From IMG/VR virus record IMGVR_UViG_3300002835_000068, positions 39,273 through 103,272 of that record: a stretch of 64,000 nt of DNA; one strand, 5' to 3'. Below, in pieces: positions 1 to 11,093 of the stretch. The position numbers and the translations under genes are program-made. The number at the start of each line of letters is the position of its first letter. The first letter of the stretch is position 1. The DNA comes from a virus. Under the pieces are notes generated by a model. The model did not search any database. It was not told the DNA's origin and saw only the letters and a program-made list of their open reading frames with translations.

Positions 1-2
1 CA

Positions 3-3000
3 GCAAAACTTAGAACTGAAGCAGCAAAATGGGAAGAAGTCGCAGCACGTGAAGATGGTAAGAATATTTACACTGCTGAAAATGCTAGAGCACTAAAAAA
101 GCAGGCAGATGAAGCAGAAATAAAAGCAGCAGAGTTAAGAATAAAAGCAGCAGAAGCAGATATCCAAGCAACCCAGTTAGAAAATGGTAGTGCAACACCA
201 AACGAAATCGTAGCGAATGGAACTGCAGAGCAAGGCGATGGCCTAAGAAGAATTGTTGATGATACAGAAACTACAGCAGAATCTTCTGAAGTTGTAGCAG
301 GTCAAACAGAAGAACTTGCAAGCGTAACACAGGATGCTGTTAATGCTCAAACAGAAAATGCAACAAACCTTTCAACTGGCGCACAGATCACAAATGCAAC
401 AACTGGAAACCTTAATGATGTCCTTCAAGCAACAGATCAGACTGGTTTTGCTCAGCAAGACCTTGCAGAATCTTCAACAAATGTTGCTAACATAAATGAG
501 CAAATTGAAGCAGAAAAGCAAAGAGAACTTGAAAGACTTAAAAAATACAATGCAGAGCAAGCAGCATTGCAAGCAGCAGAAAATGGAATTGTTCCTCCAG
601 GAAGTCAATCACAAAATGATCTAAACAAAAATAGAATGGGGTCAGTTGAGGCATACGAAGAGGCATCTAACTATACAAGAGACAAGAATGGTCATATACT
701 TTTTGATCCAGAATTAGATAAAGATGGAAAGAGACAACCAACAACGCTTACTGAAAGCCAAATAAAGAAAAAGAAGCGTGGAATGCGTAGAGAGAAAGTT
801 GGAAAGTTTTCTGGAAAGGTTTCTGGAGCAGCAGGTACGGCAGCAATGGTTGCTGGTATGGCAGGAGCCCCACCTGCAGTAACGGCTGGCTTGGGAGCAG
901 TAGCAACAGTAGCACAATTTGCGCCGATGATTGCAGGAATGACTGGACCACAAGGTATTGTCGCAGCACTCGCAGCAGTTGCTATTGGAGCATATGCTTT
1001 AAATAAAAAACTAGAAGGTACTGCAATAGCCATTGCAAAGTTTACAAGATCTACAACAGTATCTGCAGACATGTTAAAAAAGATAGGAGAGCAAACTGGT
1101 AAGGTAGGCGCTTCTGAATTAATGAATAAAAGAAGGGGCGAAGGACAACTAAATACTTATGTTGAGGTCAACAGAAAGAGTACTATGGAGTCTGCACAGT
1201 TCCTTGAGGGAGAAGCAGGTAAAGCACTACAAAATGCATTTGTAGCAAATGCAACAAAGAATGGAACACAGGTTGCAGCAGAACAGTTTGCATTACAGAT
1301 AGCAGCAGCGATATCTGACGGAACAATAGCCCCTGAACTTGGACAAGATATTGCAACTCAGATGGGAATTAATCTCAAAGATTCTGTTGCTGGCGTAAGA
1401 ATTAATTTAGAGTTAAGAAAACTTATTGGACCAAATGGAGAAGATTTAGCAAAAGATCCTTTAGAGGTAAGAGCAAGAATTGCACAAAGATCAGCATCTT
1501 TGTCTGAAGAATTAGTAAGAAAAGTTAATTCAAAGGATAGGTCAGAAGTTGGTGGCAACAGCAAACTTTCTATGTTTGGAACTCTTGGACTTATTGGTGC
1601 AGCATCTGGATCTGATAAAACAGCAGCACTTGCTGTTGCGGGATCTTCAGCAATTGAAACAGCACAGGCACAAGCAGATGCAATGTCTATGTACTATGAT
1701 GAGCAATTAAAAACATTAAAAAATGAGTTGGTAGCAACAACCAATAAAGAAAAGCAGTTAGAAATACAAGAAAAGATTGTCGCAATGACAAAGGAGCAAG
1801 AGGCTGGAATGGCCAGACTTAACAATCTTGTTGCTGCACAGATTTCAAGACAAACAAGTTATGCTAGTGATATTATTAATCAAAATAAATCAAAATTATT
1901 TACTGGCAATAACTTTTTAAATGACGCAGCAAGAAGACAAGATGCTTTCTTTGATGCACAGAAAGCAGATGTAAAAGCAAAGTACAAGGGTACAGCACAA
2001 GAAGCATCAGCACAAAGAGTCTTGGATCTGGGTGCTAGAGCAGACGAAGATAAGTCTTTTGCAAATAAAAATGAAGGAAGAACCTTTGAAGCAAAAATAA
2101 ACTTCCTAATGCAGTCTGGACAAATGCAGCCAGAACAAATTGAAACAATGATGAAAATTTTTAAGGGCGACCTAAAAAAGATGGACACAGTCTTAGCAGT
2201 TGGTATGAGACTACACGGTGGAGCAAAGATGGCAGAACTTGCAGGAATGTTAAGCGGTGTTGACAAGAAAACTGCTAAGAGAATTATGATACAGATGTCT
2301 AGAAAGAATCCAGAAGAGTTTGATAGAGTAGGAAAGGCTATTGCAGTTCTTCAAAGATCAGATGGCCTAGAAGTAGATATGCAGGCAACTATAGATACAA
2401 TTGGTATGCCTGGACTAGTTGAGTTATCAAACAAACTAGCAGCACTTGAAGCATTACCAGATCCAATAGAAAAAGAAGCAATTATTAAATTTGGAATAGA
2501 CAATAATGTAGACATGCAGGGAATTATAGATAACTGGGATTACTATTCAAAACTAAAACCAGAAGTAAGAAAAGAAGCATTTGAAACATATACAACATTG
2601 TTTACTACGGCAACATCATTTAAGACACAAGCAGAAAAGGATGCTTGGGTTAAATTGCAGGCTGAAAATGCAGCAATTCTAAAGGGCGATAAGGGGTCGG
2701 CAAAATACACAGCAGAATACAACACTGTAATTAGACTGCTAACACTAGATGCAAATGGAAAGCCACTTCCTCTAAATGACTTTAAAGCAGCAGCAGCGTG
2801 GGCTAATAAGGGTGTAGAAGCAATCTTTGGTTCTGACCCCACTATTGCAAGCAAGCCTGGTGGACCTCTTGATGGCGGAGACAAGGGAAGCAAAAAGAAT
2901 CCATTAGACTTCCTTGAAGAACTTGCAATGAGAATAAAGAATGTTCGTGACGGTGCATTTGATGCAACACAACCACTAAAGTCAATGCTTGCTGCTCTTA

Positions 3001-5663
3001 ATAGTAAGAAGGCTAAAAAGGACATATCTTCATTAATGGATGTGTTTGATGGCCTGCAACAAAGAATGCTTAAGATGAAGGTTCCAAAAGAATTTAGAGA
3101 CATGATTATGGGAATGTCTGCAGAAGACTTTAAGGCCATAGCAAACTTAAAGAATGAAAAAGCAATCTTTAAATTTAAAAAGGGTAAGCCAAGAACAAAG
3201 GCTAACATTGAGGGACTAACAAAAACAGGCGATGGCCTAATGAGATTTTATAGAGAAGCACAAATTGGAGAGGCTCAACTTGTAAATAAAGAAACTGTGT
3301 CAGAAATTGCAGATAAAGAAAAAGCATTTAGAATGCTTATTGCCAGCGGAGTAAGTGCAACAGATGCGCTAAAGCATGTAGAAGATGCTGCGGTAGCAGC
3401 AGCAATTGCAGCAGGAACTCTTGGCAAAGAAGGCTCACCTGAAAGAAAAGCATACATAGATGATTTAAAGAAGGCTAGTTCTGAATTAGAAAGATTTGCA
3501 CTTAGACAAAAAATGATTCAGGCAAATGAAGAGTTCAAACTTTTAGAGCAAATGCCAAAACTTATGACTGCAATGAAGGCTGCAGGAATGTCAGCAGATC
3601 AGATGGCAGCAGCACTAGAAGATCCAGCACTAGCAAAGCATTTAATTGAAGACCTCAAAGATGGAAAGGTCGACGCTAAAGAAATAGCAGACTTCCTAAA
3701 CTCTATTGAAGCCAAAAAAATTATTGATATTCAGGTAAAGTATAATGCTGGTAAGTATGGAGAAGCAGCACAGCCTGGAATTGACGCAGCAGAAAGATTA
3801 TTTGCTGCACTTGAATCTGGGATTAGAAACGGCGTTGAAGGATTCTCTTCTCCTCAAAACAAGATAGATGTTGCAACTATTCAAAAGAACAATAAGTTAA
3901 TTGCAGAAGCAGAACTTAAGGCAGCAGGATTTAGACATCAAATAGAATTAATTAATCGTGAAATTCGTGGTATGGAACGAGATATTGAAATGAACTATAC
4001 ACGACCAATCGAAGAGGCTTCAGAAAAAATCAGTGATATGGAAAGAGAACTAGAGATGAATCCAATCTTTGGTAATCGTGCTATAGGAAAGTTAAATGAT
4101 GAAAATACAAAACTTTCTAATGACTTGGCAATTATGGCAAACCAAGCAGAAAAGATTAATGAGAGATATGACAAGCAGGCAGAAGCGCTACAAAAGGTAG
4201 CAGATATTAATGATGGAATTATTGCTCAGCAGCAAAGCCAGTTAGATCTTGCAGATGCTCTTACTCAGGGAGATATATCAGCAGCAGCAAGGGCTATGCA
4301 GGCAAGTCGTGCTGACCAAGCATCAAGAAATCAAGAAGGAGTGATGGATGCTCTTGAGCAGGCACGTACAAACGAACTAGATGGTTTGCGTGGAGCAGAG
4401 AGCGGTTTGAGTCAACTGCAAATTTCTGAAAGACAGTTTGTTATAAGTCAAGAAATCTATAAGATGGAAAATAATCCAGAAAGACTTAAGATTATGGCAG
4501 ACATTTTGGCTCTGCAAGATAAAATTTATGATTTTGAAGAAGGAAGAGAAGCAGCACTTCTAAAGATTAGAGATAAAGAAGATGCAATCTATAAAATTAA
4601 TAAAGAACAACTGTGGCCTCTTGAGGATAGCATTGCAGATATGCAGCACCAAAATGATTTAGCACAGAGAAGACTTGATATAGATGTATCTAACTTGACT
4701 GTTTTAGGAAAATCAAGAGATCAGTTTGAAAAGATAAAAGCAGAAATTGAACTTAGTGAGGTAGCAGCACAAAATCTTACTGCTGTATTTGGAGGAATGC
4801 TTGCAGCCATTGAAGCAATTAGGGCTAAGTGGGCAGAGGTTATTGCAGCAATCGCAGCAGCACAAAACGCTGCAGCAGCACAGGTTGTAGCAGATGGAAT
4901 TAAAGCAAATGCAGATGCAGCAGCAGAAGAAGTAGCAGCAGATGCAGCAGCAGCAGTAGATGGAAGTGCTGGCTCAAAGAGTGATTCTGCAGCAGATGCA
5001 TATGCAGCAGCATTAGCAAAGGGTCATTTTGAATCTGCAGCAAAGGCTGCAGCAGGAGTTAGCCCAAGCAAACTAGCATTAGCAGAAAGCGGAGCAATTG
5101 GTGCAGCATCTATTGCGTCACAACTTGCAGCAGCACAAGCAAGACTTTCTGCATCAACTACAACATCAAAGCCTACACCAAAGCCTACACCAAAGCCTAC
5201 CCCAAAACCTACTCCAACGCCTACACCAAAAAAGCAGGTTGATCCAAATCCAGGAATTAAACCAGGAACAGGAGTTTACTCTGGAAGTACGTTTATACCA
5301 GCACAAAAACTTGTTCCAGGAACAGGTGTGTATGTTGGCAGCAAGTTTGTTCCCCCACAGTATAAATCTAAGGGAGGACTAATATCTGGAGTGTTGGGGA
5401 ATAGCACATTTGCTCGTGGCACAGATACAGTTCCTGCAATGCTTACTCCAGGAGAGTTTGTGATGAGCAAGTATGCTGTGCAGTCTTATGGTTTAGAAAA
5501 AATGAAGTCAATTAATAATGGATCATCAGTTGGCGACTCAGTGTATAATTATAGTATTAATGTTAATGTAGAGTCAGAAGCAAACCCTGATGAAATTGCA
5601 AGGGTTGTTATGACACAAATACGAAGCGTTGAATCACAAAAACTTAGGGGGACTAGAATCTAA
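3..5663 (+). CDS. Tape measure protein (5'-truncated; frame open from position 3)
   Basis: >1880 aa Ala-rich helical/coiled-coil ORF with hydrophobic Gly/Ala segments and the C-terminal GTDTVPAMLTPGEFV motif typical of tape measures; followed by tail genes. The frame has no stop upstream of the listed TTG at 567. Confidence 0.9.
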   Translation, partial: AKLRTEAAKWEEVAAREDGKNIYTAENARALKKQADEAEIKAAELRIKAAEADIQATQLENGSATPNEIVANGTAEQGDGLRRIVDDTETTAESSEVVAGQTEELASVTQDAVNAQTENATNLSTGAQITNATTGNLNDVLQATDQTGFAQQDLAESSTNVANINEQIEAEKQRELERLKKYNAEQAALQAAENGIVPPGSQSQNDLNKNRMGSVEAYEEASNYTRDKNGHILFDPELDKDGKRQPTTLTESQIKKKKRGMRREKVGKFSGKVSGAAGTAAMVAGMAGAPPAVTAGLGAVATVAQFAPMIAGMTGPQGIVAALAAVAIGAYALNKKLEGTAIAIAKFTRSTTVSADMLKKIGEQTGKVGASELMNKRRGEGQLNTYVEVNRKSTMESAQFLEGEAGKALQNAFVANATKNGTQVAAEQFALQIAAAISDGTIAPELGQDIATQMGINLKDSVAGVRINLELRKLIGPNGEDLAKDPLEVRARIAQRSASLSEELVRKVNSKDRSEVGGNSKLSMFGTLGLIGAASGSDKTAALAVAGSSAIETAQAQADAMSMYYDEQLKTLKNELVATTNKEKQLEIQEKIVAMTKEQEAGMARLNNLVAAQISRQTSYASDIINQNKSKLFTGNNFLNDAARRQDAFFDAQKADVKAKYKGTAQEASAQRVLDLGARADEDKSFANKNEGRTFEAKINFLMQSGQMQPEQIETMMKIFKGDLKKMDTVLAVGMRLHGGAKMAELAGMLSGVDKKTAKRIMIQMSRKNPEEFDRVGKAIAVLQRSDGLEVDMQATIDTIGMPGLVELSNKLAALEALPDPIEKEAIIKFGIDNNVDMQGIIDNWDYYSKLKPEVRKEAFETYTTLFTTATSFKTQAEKDAWVKLQAENAAILKGDKGSAKYTAEYNTVIRLLTLDANGKPLPLNDFKAAAAWANKGVEAIFGSDPTIASKPGGPLDGGDKGSKKNPLDFLEELAMRIKNVRDGAFDATQPLKSMLAALNSKKAKKDISSLMDVFDGLQQRMLKMKVPKEFRDMIMGMSAEDFKAIANLKNEKAIFKFKKGKPRTKANIEGLTKTGDGLMRFYREAQIGEAQLVNKETVSEIADKEKAFRMLIASGVSATDALKHVEDAAVAAAIAAGTLGKEGSPERKAYIDDLKKASSELERFALRQKMIQANEEFKLLEQMPKLMTAMKAAGMSADQMAAALEDPALAKHLIEDLKDGKVDAKEIADFLNSIEAKKIIDIQVKYNAGKYGEAAQPGIDAAERLFAALESGIRNGVEGFSSPQNKIDVATIQKNNKLIAEAELKAAGFRHQIELINREIRGMERDIEMNYTRPIEEASEKISDMERELEMNPIFGNRAIGKLNDENTKLSNDLAIMANQAEKINERYDKQAEALQKVADINDGIIAQQQSQLDLADALTQGDISAAARAMQASRADQASRNQEGVMDALEQARTNELDGLRGAESGLSQLQISERQFVISQEIYKMENNPERLKIMADILALQDKIYDFEEGREAALLKIRDKEDAIYKINKEQLWPLEDSIADMQHQNDLAQRRLDIDVSNLTVLGKSRDQFEKIKAEIELSEVAAQNLTAVFGGMLAAIEAIRAKWAEVIAAIAAAQNAAAAQVVADGIKANADAAAEEVAADAAAAVDGSAGSKSDSAADAYAAALAKGHFESAAKAAAGVSPSKLALAESGAIGAASIASQLAAAQARLSASTTTSKPTPKPTPKPTPKPTPTPTPKKQVDPNPGIKPGTGVYSGSTFIPAQKLVPGTGVYVGSKFVPPQYKSKGGLISGVLGNSTFARGTDTVPAMLTPGEFVMSKYAVQSYGLEKMKSINNGSSVGDSVYNYSINVNVESEANPDEIARVVMTQIRSVESQKLRGTRI
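5167..5230 (+). repeat. 12-nt tandem repeat (CAAAGCCTACAC-like, about 5 copies) encoding KPTPKPTP
   Basis: Read directly in the DNA. Confidence 0.9.
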
Positions 5664-6319
5664 TGGCAACTAACAATTACATGTCTGGAAGAAAGAAGTA
5701 TTCTAGACCACAGGCAATGCTATTTGCTGATAACCCTGGAACAAAGGTTGATGGTTTCTACATCCCAGACGGCAGTGAAATAGGGTCCTATACAGCCTCT
5801 GAAGGCTCCAATGGCGAGTTTTTAATACTTTCGGATGATAACAGATCAGACATTAATTTTAAGCCTACCAGAATTGAAAAAAGAGAAAGAATGATTAATG
5901 GCCGAATGAGGTCATATCATATTGCAGATAAACTACAGATAACAGCATCCTGGGATATGCTCCCATCAAGAGCATATGATACCAAGGCAGACTTTGATGC
6001 TAATGGAAATGCAGATATGCTTAAGACCGCATCAAGGACAAACCCTTTAGAGTTTACAACAGATGGCGGAGCAGGCGGAGTAGAACTTCTTAATTGGTAT
6101 GAAAATCACAGAGGTTCTTTCTGGGTATATCTTTCTTACGATAAGTATACAAATTTTGAAGATACAGACACTAGCGAGATAGATAATAGATTTAATAATA
6201 TTAATAAGTATAATGAGATAGTAGAAGTTTTTTTCTCAGACTTTAGTTATTCAGTTGTAAAAAGAAGCGGTTTAAACTTTGACTTTTGGAATGTGTCTCT
6301 TACACTGGAAGAGGCATAA
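5663..6319 (+). CDS. Minor tail protein (distal-tail position)
   Basis: Directly after tape measure with TAATG coupling; 218 aa. Confidence 0.6.
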   Translation: MATNNYMSGRKKYSRPQAMLFADNPGTKVDGFYIPDGSEIGSYTASEGSNGEFLILSDDNRSDINFKPTRIEKRERMINGRMRSYHIADKLQITASWDMLPSRAYDTKADFDANGNADMLKTASRTNPLEFTTDGGAGGVELLNWYENHRGSFWVYLSYDKYTNFEDTDTSEIDNRFNNINKYNEIVEVFFSDFSYSVVKRSGLNFDFWNVSLTLEEA

Positions 6320-9300
6320 TGTTTCAAGACAAAGATTTATTAAATTATATAGAGACAAACTCTTCAGTTCAAACAAGATCATCAGTAATTGCTGAATGGA
6401 ACATGAATATAGCATCAAACATTAAGATGGTTGGAAACTATAGATACAGACCAACCCAGCAGGATTCTGCATACAGAACAATTCCAAATACTTTTGATCC
6501 ATTAGAATCTAGTACAAACGGTGTAAAATATTACACTGGTGCAACAGATGCAGACATAAAAATAGATGGTGGATTTGATGACGAAGGTATTCCAACATCC
6601 TTGTATCCAGCAAAAGATAAAATGAAGATGCTGTACTCTTTAGAAAATTGTTTTTCATATCAACGTCCACGCAGCGGAATCAATAAGGCAACATACCTTA
6701 ATGGTAAATTTTTACATAATCCAAATATCAATATGGCCAAGAGACCAAGATACTATATGCCAGATAAAAAGGATCCATTTAAATACTGGACATCTTTTAG
6801 AACAGAAAGTGGTATTGAGTATGGAGTTGCCAACAAGACAGTAAATGGAAAGAATAGAATAGAAGATGCTTGCCCATTCGTGGTTTATAAAGAGCAGATA
6901 CCAGCAAACAGAATAGTTGTAAAGATGCAAACAAATACTGGGGAGTTGGACTATGGAATATTCTCAAACTCTGCTGAAACATTTTTAGATCCCTACTTTG
7001 GAGAAAACAATAGAACTACGCCTAACAACTGGAAAATTCAAGTATTAAAAAATAATAGTTGGGTAGACGCTAAGTCTTTTTCTAGCAGTGACAAAAGAAA
7101 AGACGGTACAGCAATCATAGGATCTGATGGATACGTAGAATTGTCTTATGGATTAATAGTTCCAGTCGCATACTCAGATACATTTAATTTTATTAAAGAG
7201 ATTTCCTCTGTACTACTAAGGCCAGAGTCTGCAAATGAAGGAGATGCATTTTTGGTTGTACCAAATAGTACATCTTTAGGTACATTCCACATATGGAGTA
7301 GGGGTGCCTGGAAAACCTTTACACCAACATACGGGTGGTCCCTTGAAGATTCAGTTGTCAGTGGACTCACAAGTTTTGTAACAGATCTAACAAACCCACC
7401 ATCTTTTGTTGCTAATAATGTTACAAAATATAAAGAGTTTGAATATATTTCTGGCATCAGAATAGTTGTTGACTCAATGAATAAGTTTGATTCTACTTTT
7501 GATTTAATTGAAATATCTCCAAGGCTAACAGCAGACTTAAGCGATAGGGTAATGAAATACTCTGTAAACAAGAGTGCTTCTGATTTAGGAGTAAGCGGAT
7601 TGCCAGTAGGACAACTACTCGCCTCAACAGGATCGATTTCACTATTTGATTTTGACGATGCTTTTCATTCAGATAACCCAACAAGCATAATTAGTAGATA
7701 TGTTTCAAAAAACATTCAAATAAAACTATATGAAGTTATAACAGATACACAGGGCATTGAATACTACATGCCAATAAAAACGATGTACGCAGATGGGTTT
7801 CCAAAACTAAATAATCAATCAAAAGAAGTTTCAATAGAACTTAGAGATTTATATTTTTATTTTGAATCACAGACTGCACCACAAATGCTACTGACTAATG
7901 CCTCTGTAAGTTCTGCAGTTTCTATACTTCTTGATTCAATAGGATTTTCTAATTATGTTTTTAAAAGAGTAGAGGGCGAATCAGAAGTAATAATACCATA
8001 CTTTTTTATTCCTCCAGAAAAAAGTGTTGCAAAGGTTTTAGAGGATATTGCCATATCAACTCAGACTGCAATGTTTTTTGATGAATACAATAACTTTGTT
8101 ATGATGAGCAAAGATTATATAATGCCGTCATTAGATCAAAGACCAACAGACCTTACGCTTTATGGAACTACAGACTTTAGTGATGATGGAGTATTAAAAA
8201 ATAAAAAATCAAATAGCAAACTTTCTAATATTATAGAAATAACATCACAAGATAATGAAGTGTATAACGATGGGAAAATTGTATATACAACAAGATATAT
8301 ACAGAGATCTCTAGGAAGCATAAAGCAGGCAAGCCTTATAGATAATGAAAAAACTTGGATATACAAGCCAGTGCTTCTTTGGGAAGTTCAGGGAACTCAA
8401 AATACAAAATCTATCAATGGCGAAGTTGGAAACCAATCAACATATATGCTAAGTGCAATACCATTAAACTCAAACCTTTCTGAAAGTTTACCATCTGTAA
8501 AAAATAATAGGCTTGTAGACAATATAATGGACCTTGGAGAAGGAGTTTACTGGATAACTAGGTATAACGGATACTTCTACTCAAACGGAGAAATTATTAA
8601 GTATGATGCGGTTCAGTACAATATTTCTGGTACTGGAGATGTCTGGATCAATAATGTTCAAGAGTACGATAAGTATTTTTCATCTTTGCCGTTTAATGGA
8701 AAGATATATCCAACAGGACTAGTTAGAATTTATGCAGAGCCAAATTACGAAGAAATTTCTGGTGTATATAAACTTAAGAATGGTCCAGTTTCAAAGCATG
8801 GAAGAGGTCAGTTCGGAACGCCAGTTTCTGAGCATGGGGCAGGTTTAAACCCTTATTGGTCAAACAATTCTAATGTTCGTGGATGCACGATGCAGTCAAA
8901 GTACTTATTTGATTTAAACCAAACAGCACCTGTAACTACTGTTGGCCCAGCAGGAATAAACAATACTCTTGCACAAAAAACATCAAGAAATGGTATTATA
9001 AAAAACTTCTTAGCATCAAAATATATCTCTGAGTCAGAAGTAAACGGAATGCTATCTACACAGGCAGGTACTGTACAGTCTTCGGCTTTAGTCATGAACG
9101 GTCCAGGGTTTACTACAACAGAGTCGCCAGTTGATTTTGTTTCTTACGTTTATAAAAAATTAGAAAACAAGTATAAGCATTTTGGGACTAGAATGAGAAT
9201 TGTAGGCAAGGTTGAAAATGATGCAAATCGTGGACAAACTCCAGTAGGTGCATCAACATACTTTACTGTTCCAGGGACAACTCCAGAAAAAAGTATCAGT

Positions 9301-10596
9301 ATCGTTGGAGGTTCTGGAGGGTTAGCAGTAATGATTAACCCAGAAAGTAATAACGGATACTACTTTGAAATTATCGCTTTGGGTGCCAACAACCTTAATG
9401 AGTCTGAGAAAAAAAATGTAAACAACGTAATGTTTTACAAGGTTAAGGCATCTGGAACTAATGCAATTCCTATCAAGTTGTATGAAGGACTAACAAATAT
9501 TGTTGTAGACGATGGAAGATTTACTGGTCAATACAGAATGTCAACAGAAGAAAACCCAACAGTCTTTGACCTGTCCGTTGAGTACCAAGATATTGGAACA
9601 AGAAGAAGGTTTTTCTTATATATAAATAACAATCTAATTGCAACAGTTGACGACGAAGAGCCATTGCCAGCATACAACAATATGGCCCTTTTTGTTCGTG
9701 GATCATCTAGGGTAATGTTTGAAAATATATATGCACTTGCAAATAATTACTCGCAAAATACTGCATTTAAGATTAATGCTCCAATAGCCTCAGCCTTTGG
9801 TGATTCTGAAATAAATGCAAACGATTCATTTATGAAGTATGCGATGAGTGGTGTCGTGCAAGGAACTTATCTTGCAGGAATAAGTTCTGCCGAGCCACCT
9901 GCATTTAGTATGTACTTTGAAGAGTTTGGAACAATAATGAGAGAGGCTGCATCATTTAATATTAAGTATGACAAGGCCTATCCAGCACTATACGCAAAAC
10001 TCTCTCCTACATTTAACAGAATTAAAGGCTATTCAATTTCTGGATTTACAGCGGGATCATACGGAGCAGAGTTTTTAGTTTTTAACTCAACAGACACTGC
10101 CTTAAGTTTAGATGAAAGTAGTGGAAATTACTTAAGAATTCAGGGAATTGCTTTTAGCCAGCAATCTGACAACGACTTAACAGTTGATGAGTATTTTGCA
10201 AAGAATAGTAATTTGGCAGATCCAGAGACCATTGATTCATCTTTAGTCTCATACCCATTTAAAGTTGCAAAAGATTATGAGGATATAAAATTAAGCCGTA
10301 TGTCTTACGGCAAAAAAGACTTTAGTCTAGAAGTTCCATATATTCAGTCTCATGACGCAGCAGAAAACCTAATGTCTTGGGTTATTAAAAAAATAATGAA
10401 ACCAAGAAGATCGATGGGTGTTAAGATATTTGCAAACCCTATGATCCAACTTGGAGATATTGTTTCCGTAGACTATGTTGATAATGGTATAGATATGGTT
10501 TCATCAGTAGAAAAACGATTTGTTGTGTATAATATAGAGTATGCAAGAGAAAACGATGGTCCAACAATGACAGTATTTTTAAGTGAGGTCGTTTAA
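6319..10596 (+). CDS. Large minor tail / tail-tip hub protein
   Basis: About 1425 aa beta-rich ORF; ATG 6319 overlaps the previous stop; hub-like C-terminus (ANPMIQLGDIVSV). Confidence 0.65.
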   Translation: MFQDKDLLNYIETNSSVQTRSSVIAEWNMNIASNIKMVGNYRYRPTQQDSAYRTIPNTFDPLESSTNGVKYYTGATDADIKIDGGFDDEGIPTSLYPAKDKMKMLYSLENCFSYQRPRSGINKATYLNGKFLHNPNINMAKRPRYYMPDKKDPFKYWTSFRTESGIEYGVANKTVNGKNRIEDACPFVVYKEQIPANRIVVKMQTNTGELDYGIFSNSAETFLDPYFGENNRTTPNNWKIQVLKNNSWVDAKSFSSSDKRKDGTAIIGSDGYVELSYGLIVPVAYSDTFNFIKEISSVLLRPESANEGDAFLVVPNSTSLGTFHIWSRGAWKTFTPTYGWSLEDSVVSGLTSFVTDLTNPPSFVANNVTKYKEFEYISGIRIVVDSMNKFDSTFDLIEISPRLTADLSDRVMKYSVNKSASDLGVSGLPVGQLLASTGSISLFDFDDAFHSDNPTSIISRYVSKNIQIKLYEVITDTQGIEYYMPIKTMYADGFPKLNNQSKEVSIELRDLYFYFESQTAPQMLLTNASVSSAVSILLDSIGFSNYVFKRVEGESEVIIPYFFIPPEKSVAKVLEDIAISTQTAMFFDEYNNFVMMSKDYIMPSLDQRPTDLTLYGTTDFSDDGVLKNKKSNSKLSNIIEITSQDNEVYNDGKIVYTTRYIQRSLGSIKQASLIDNEKTWIYKPVLLWEVQGTQNTKSINGEVGNQSTYMLSAIPLNSNLSESLPSVKNNRLVDNIMDLGEGVYWITRYNGYFYSNGEIIKYDAVQYNISGTGDVWINNVQEYDKYFSSLPFNGKIYPTGLVRIYAEPNYEEISGVYKLKNGPVSKHGRGQFGTPVSEHGAGLNPYWSNNSNVRGCTMQSKYLFDLNQTAPVTTVGPAGINNTLAQKTSRNGIIKNFLASKYISESEVNGMLSTQAGTVQSSALVMNGPGFTTTESPVDFVSYVYKKLENKYKHFGTRMRIVGKVENDANRGQTPVGASTYFTVPGTTPEKSISIVGGSGGLAVMINPESNNGYYFEIIALGANNLNESEKKNVNNVMFYKVKASGTNAIPIKLYEGLTNIVVDDGRFTGQYRMSTEENPTVFDLSVEYQDIGTRRRFFLYINNNLIATVDDEEPLPAYNNMALFVRGSSRVMFENIYALANNYSQNTAFKINAPIASAFGDSEINANDSFMKYAMSGVVQGTYLAGISSAEPPAFSMYFEEFGTIMREAASFNIKYDKAYPALYAKLSPTFNRIKGYSISGFTAGSYGAEFLVFNSTDTALSLDESSGNYLRIQGIAFSQQSDNDLTVDEYFAKNSNLADPETIDSSLVSYPFKVAKDYEDIKLSRMSYGKKDFSLEVPYIQSHDAAENLMSWVIKKIMKPRRSMGVKIFANPMIQLGDIVSVDYVDNGIDMVSSVEKRFVVYNIEYARENDGPTMTVFLSEVV

Positions 10597-11090
10597 TGAC
10601 AACGGATTCAGTAGCAAATCAATCAAAGCCAGACATAAAGTCATCCTCTTTAGCATCAGTTAAGTCTGCAACGCCAGAACTAATTGCTTTGAGCAATCCT
10701 CCAATGGACATAGACATCATGGCAGATATGATTTTTGAAAATATTGGGGGACAAGAATTAATAAATATATCAAGAAGTGACACAATCAATGGCCAAGATG
10801 TAATCTATAGCCCTTTAAAAAACCTTAAAGATCTGTATATTCAGTACAACCCTAATAATATAATAAAACTAGAAAGCACTGCAGATACATACTTTAAGAA
10901 TTTTCCAATAAGGCTAGAGTCAAAGTTACCTCCTTACGGGACAGGGCCAAGTGGAGAGGTTGTATATTTAGACCCCGTTACTGGAGATCTTGTCATAAAT
11001 GTTTCTTCCCTTGACCCTGATGAGCAGGTTGATGTTCAGATACTAAACAGTGGAGAGACACTTAATGGTACAATATATGGTGAGGTATAA
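10596..11090 (+). CDS. Putative tail-associated structural protein
   Basis: Coupled ORF in tail operon. Confidence 0.5.
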   Translation: MTTDSVANQSKPDIKSSSLASVKSATPELIALSNPPMDIDIMADMIFENIGGQELINISRSDTINGQDVIYSPLKNLKDLYIQYNPNNIIKLESTADTYFKNFPIRLESKLPPYGTGPSGEVVYLDPVTGDLVINVSSLDPDEQVDVQILNSGETLNGTIYGEV

Positions 11091-11093
11091 AAA

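Noticed and set aside
692-9706. Many short antisense and alternate-frame ORFs within the tail genes (and similarly elsewhere)
   Set aside because: Nested in long genes, without motifs or expression signals; explained by codon bias of the real strand
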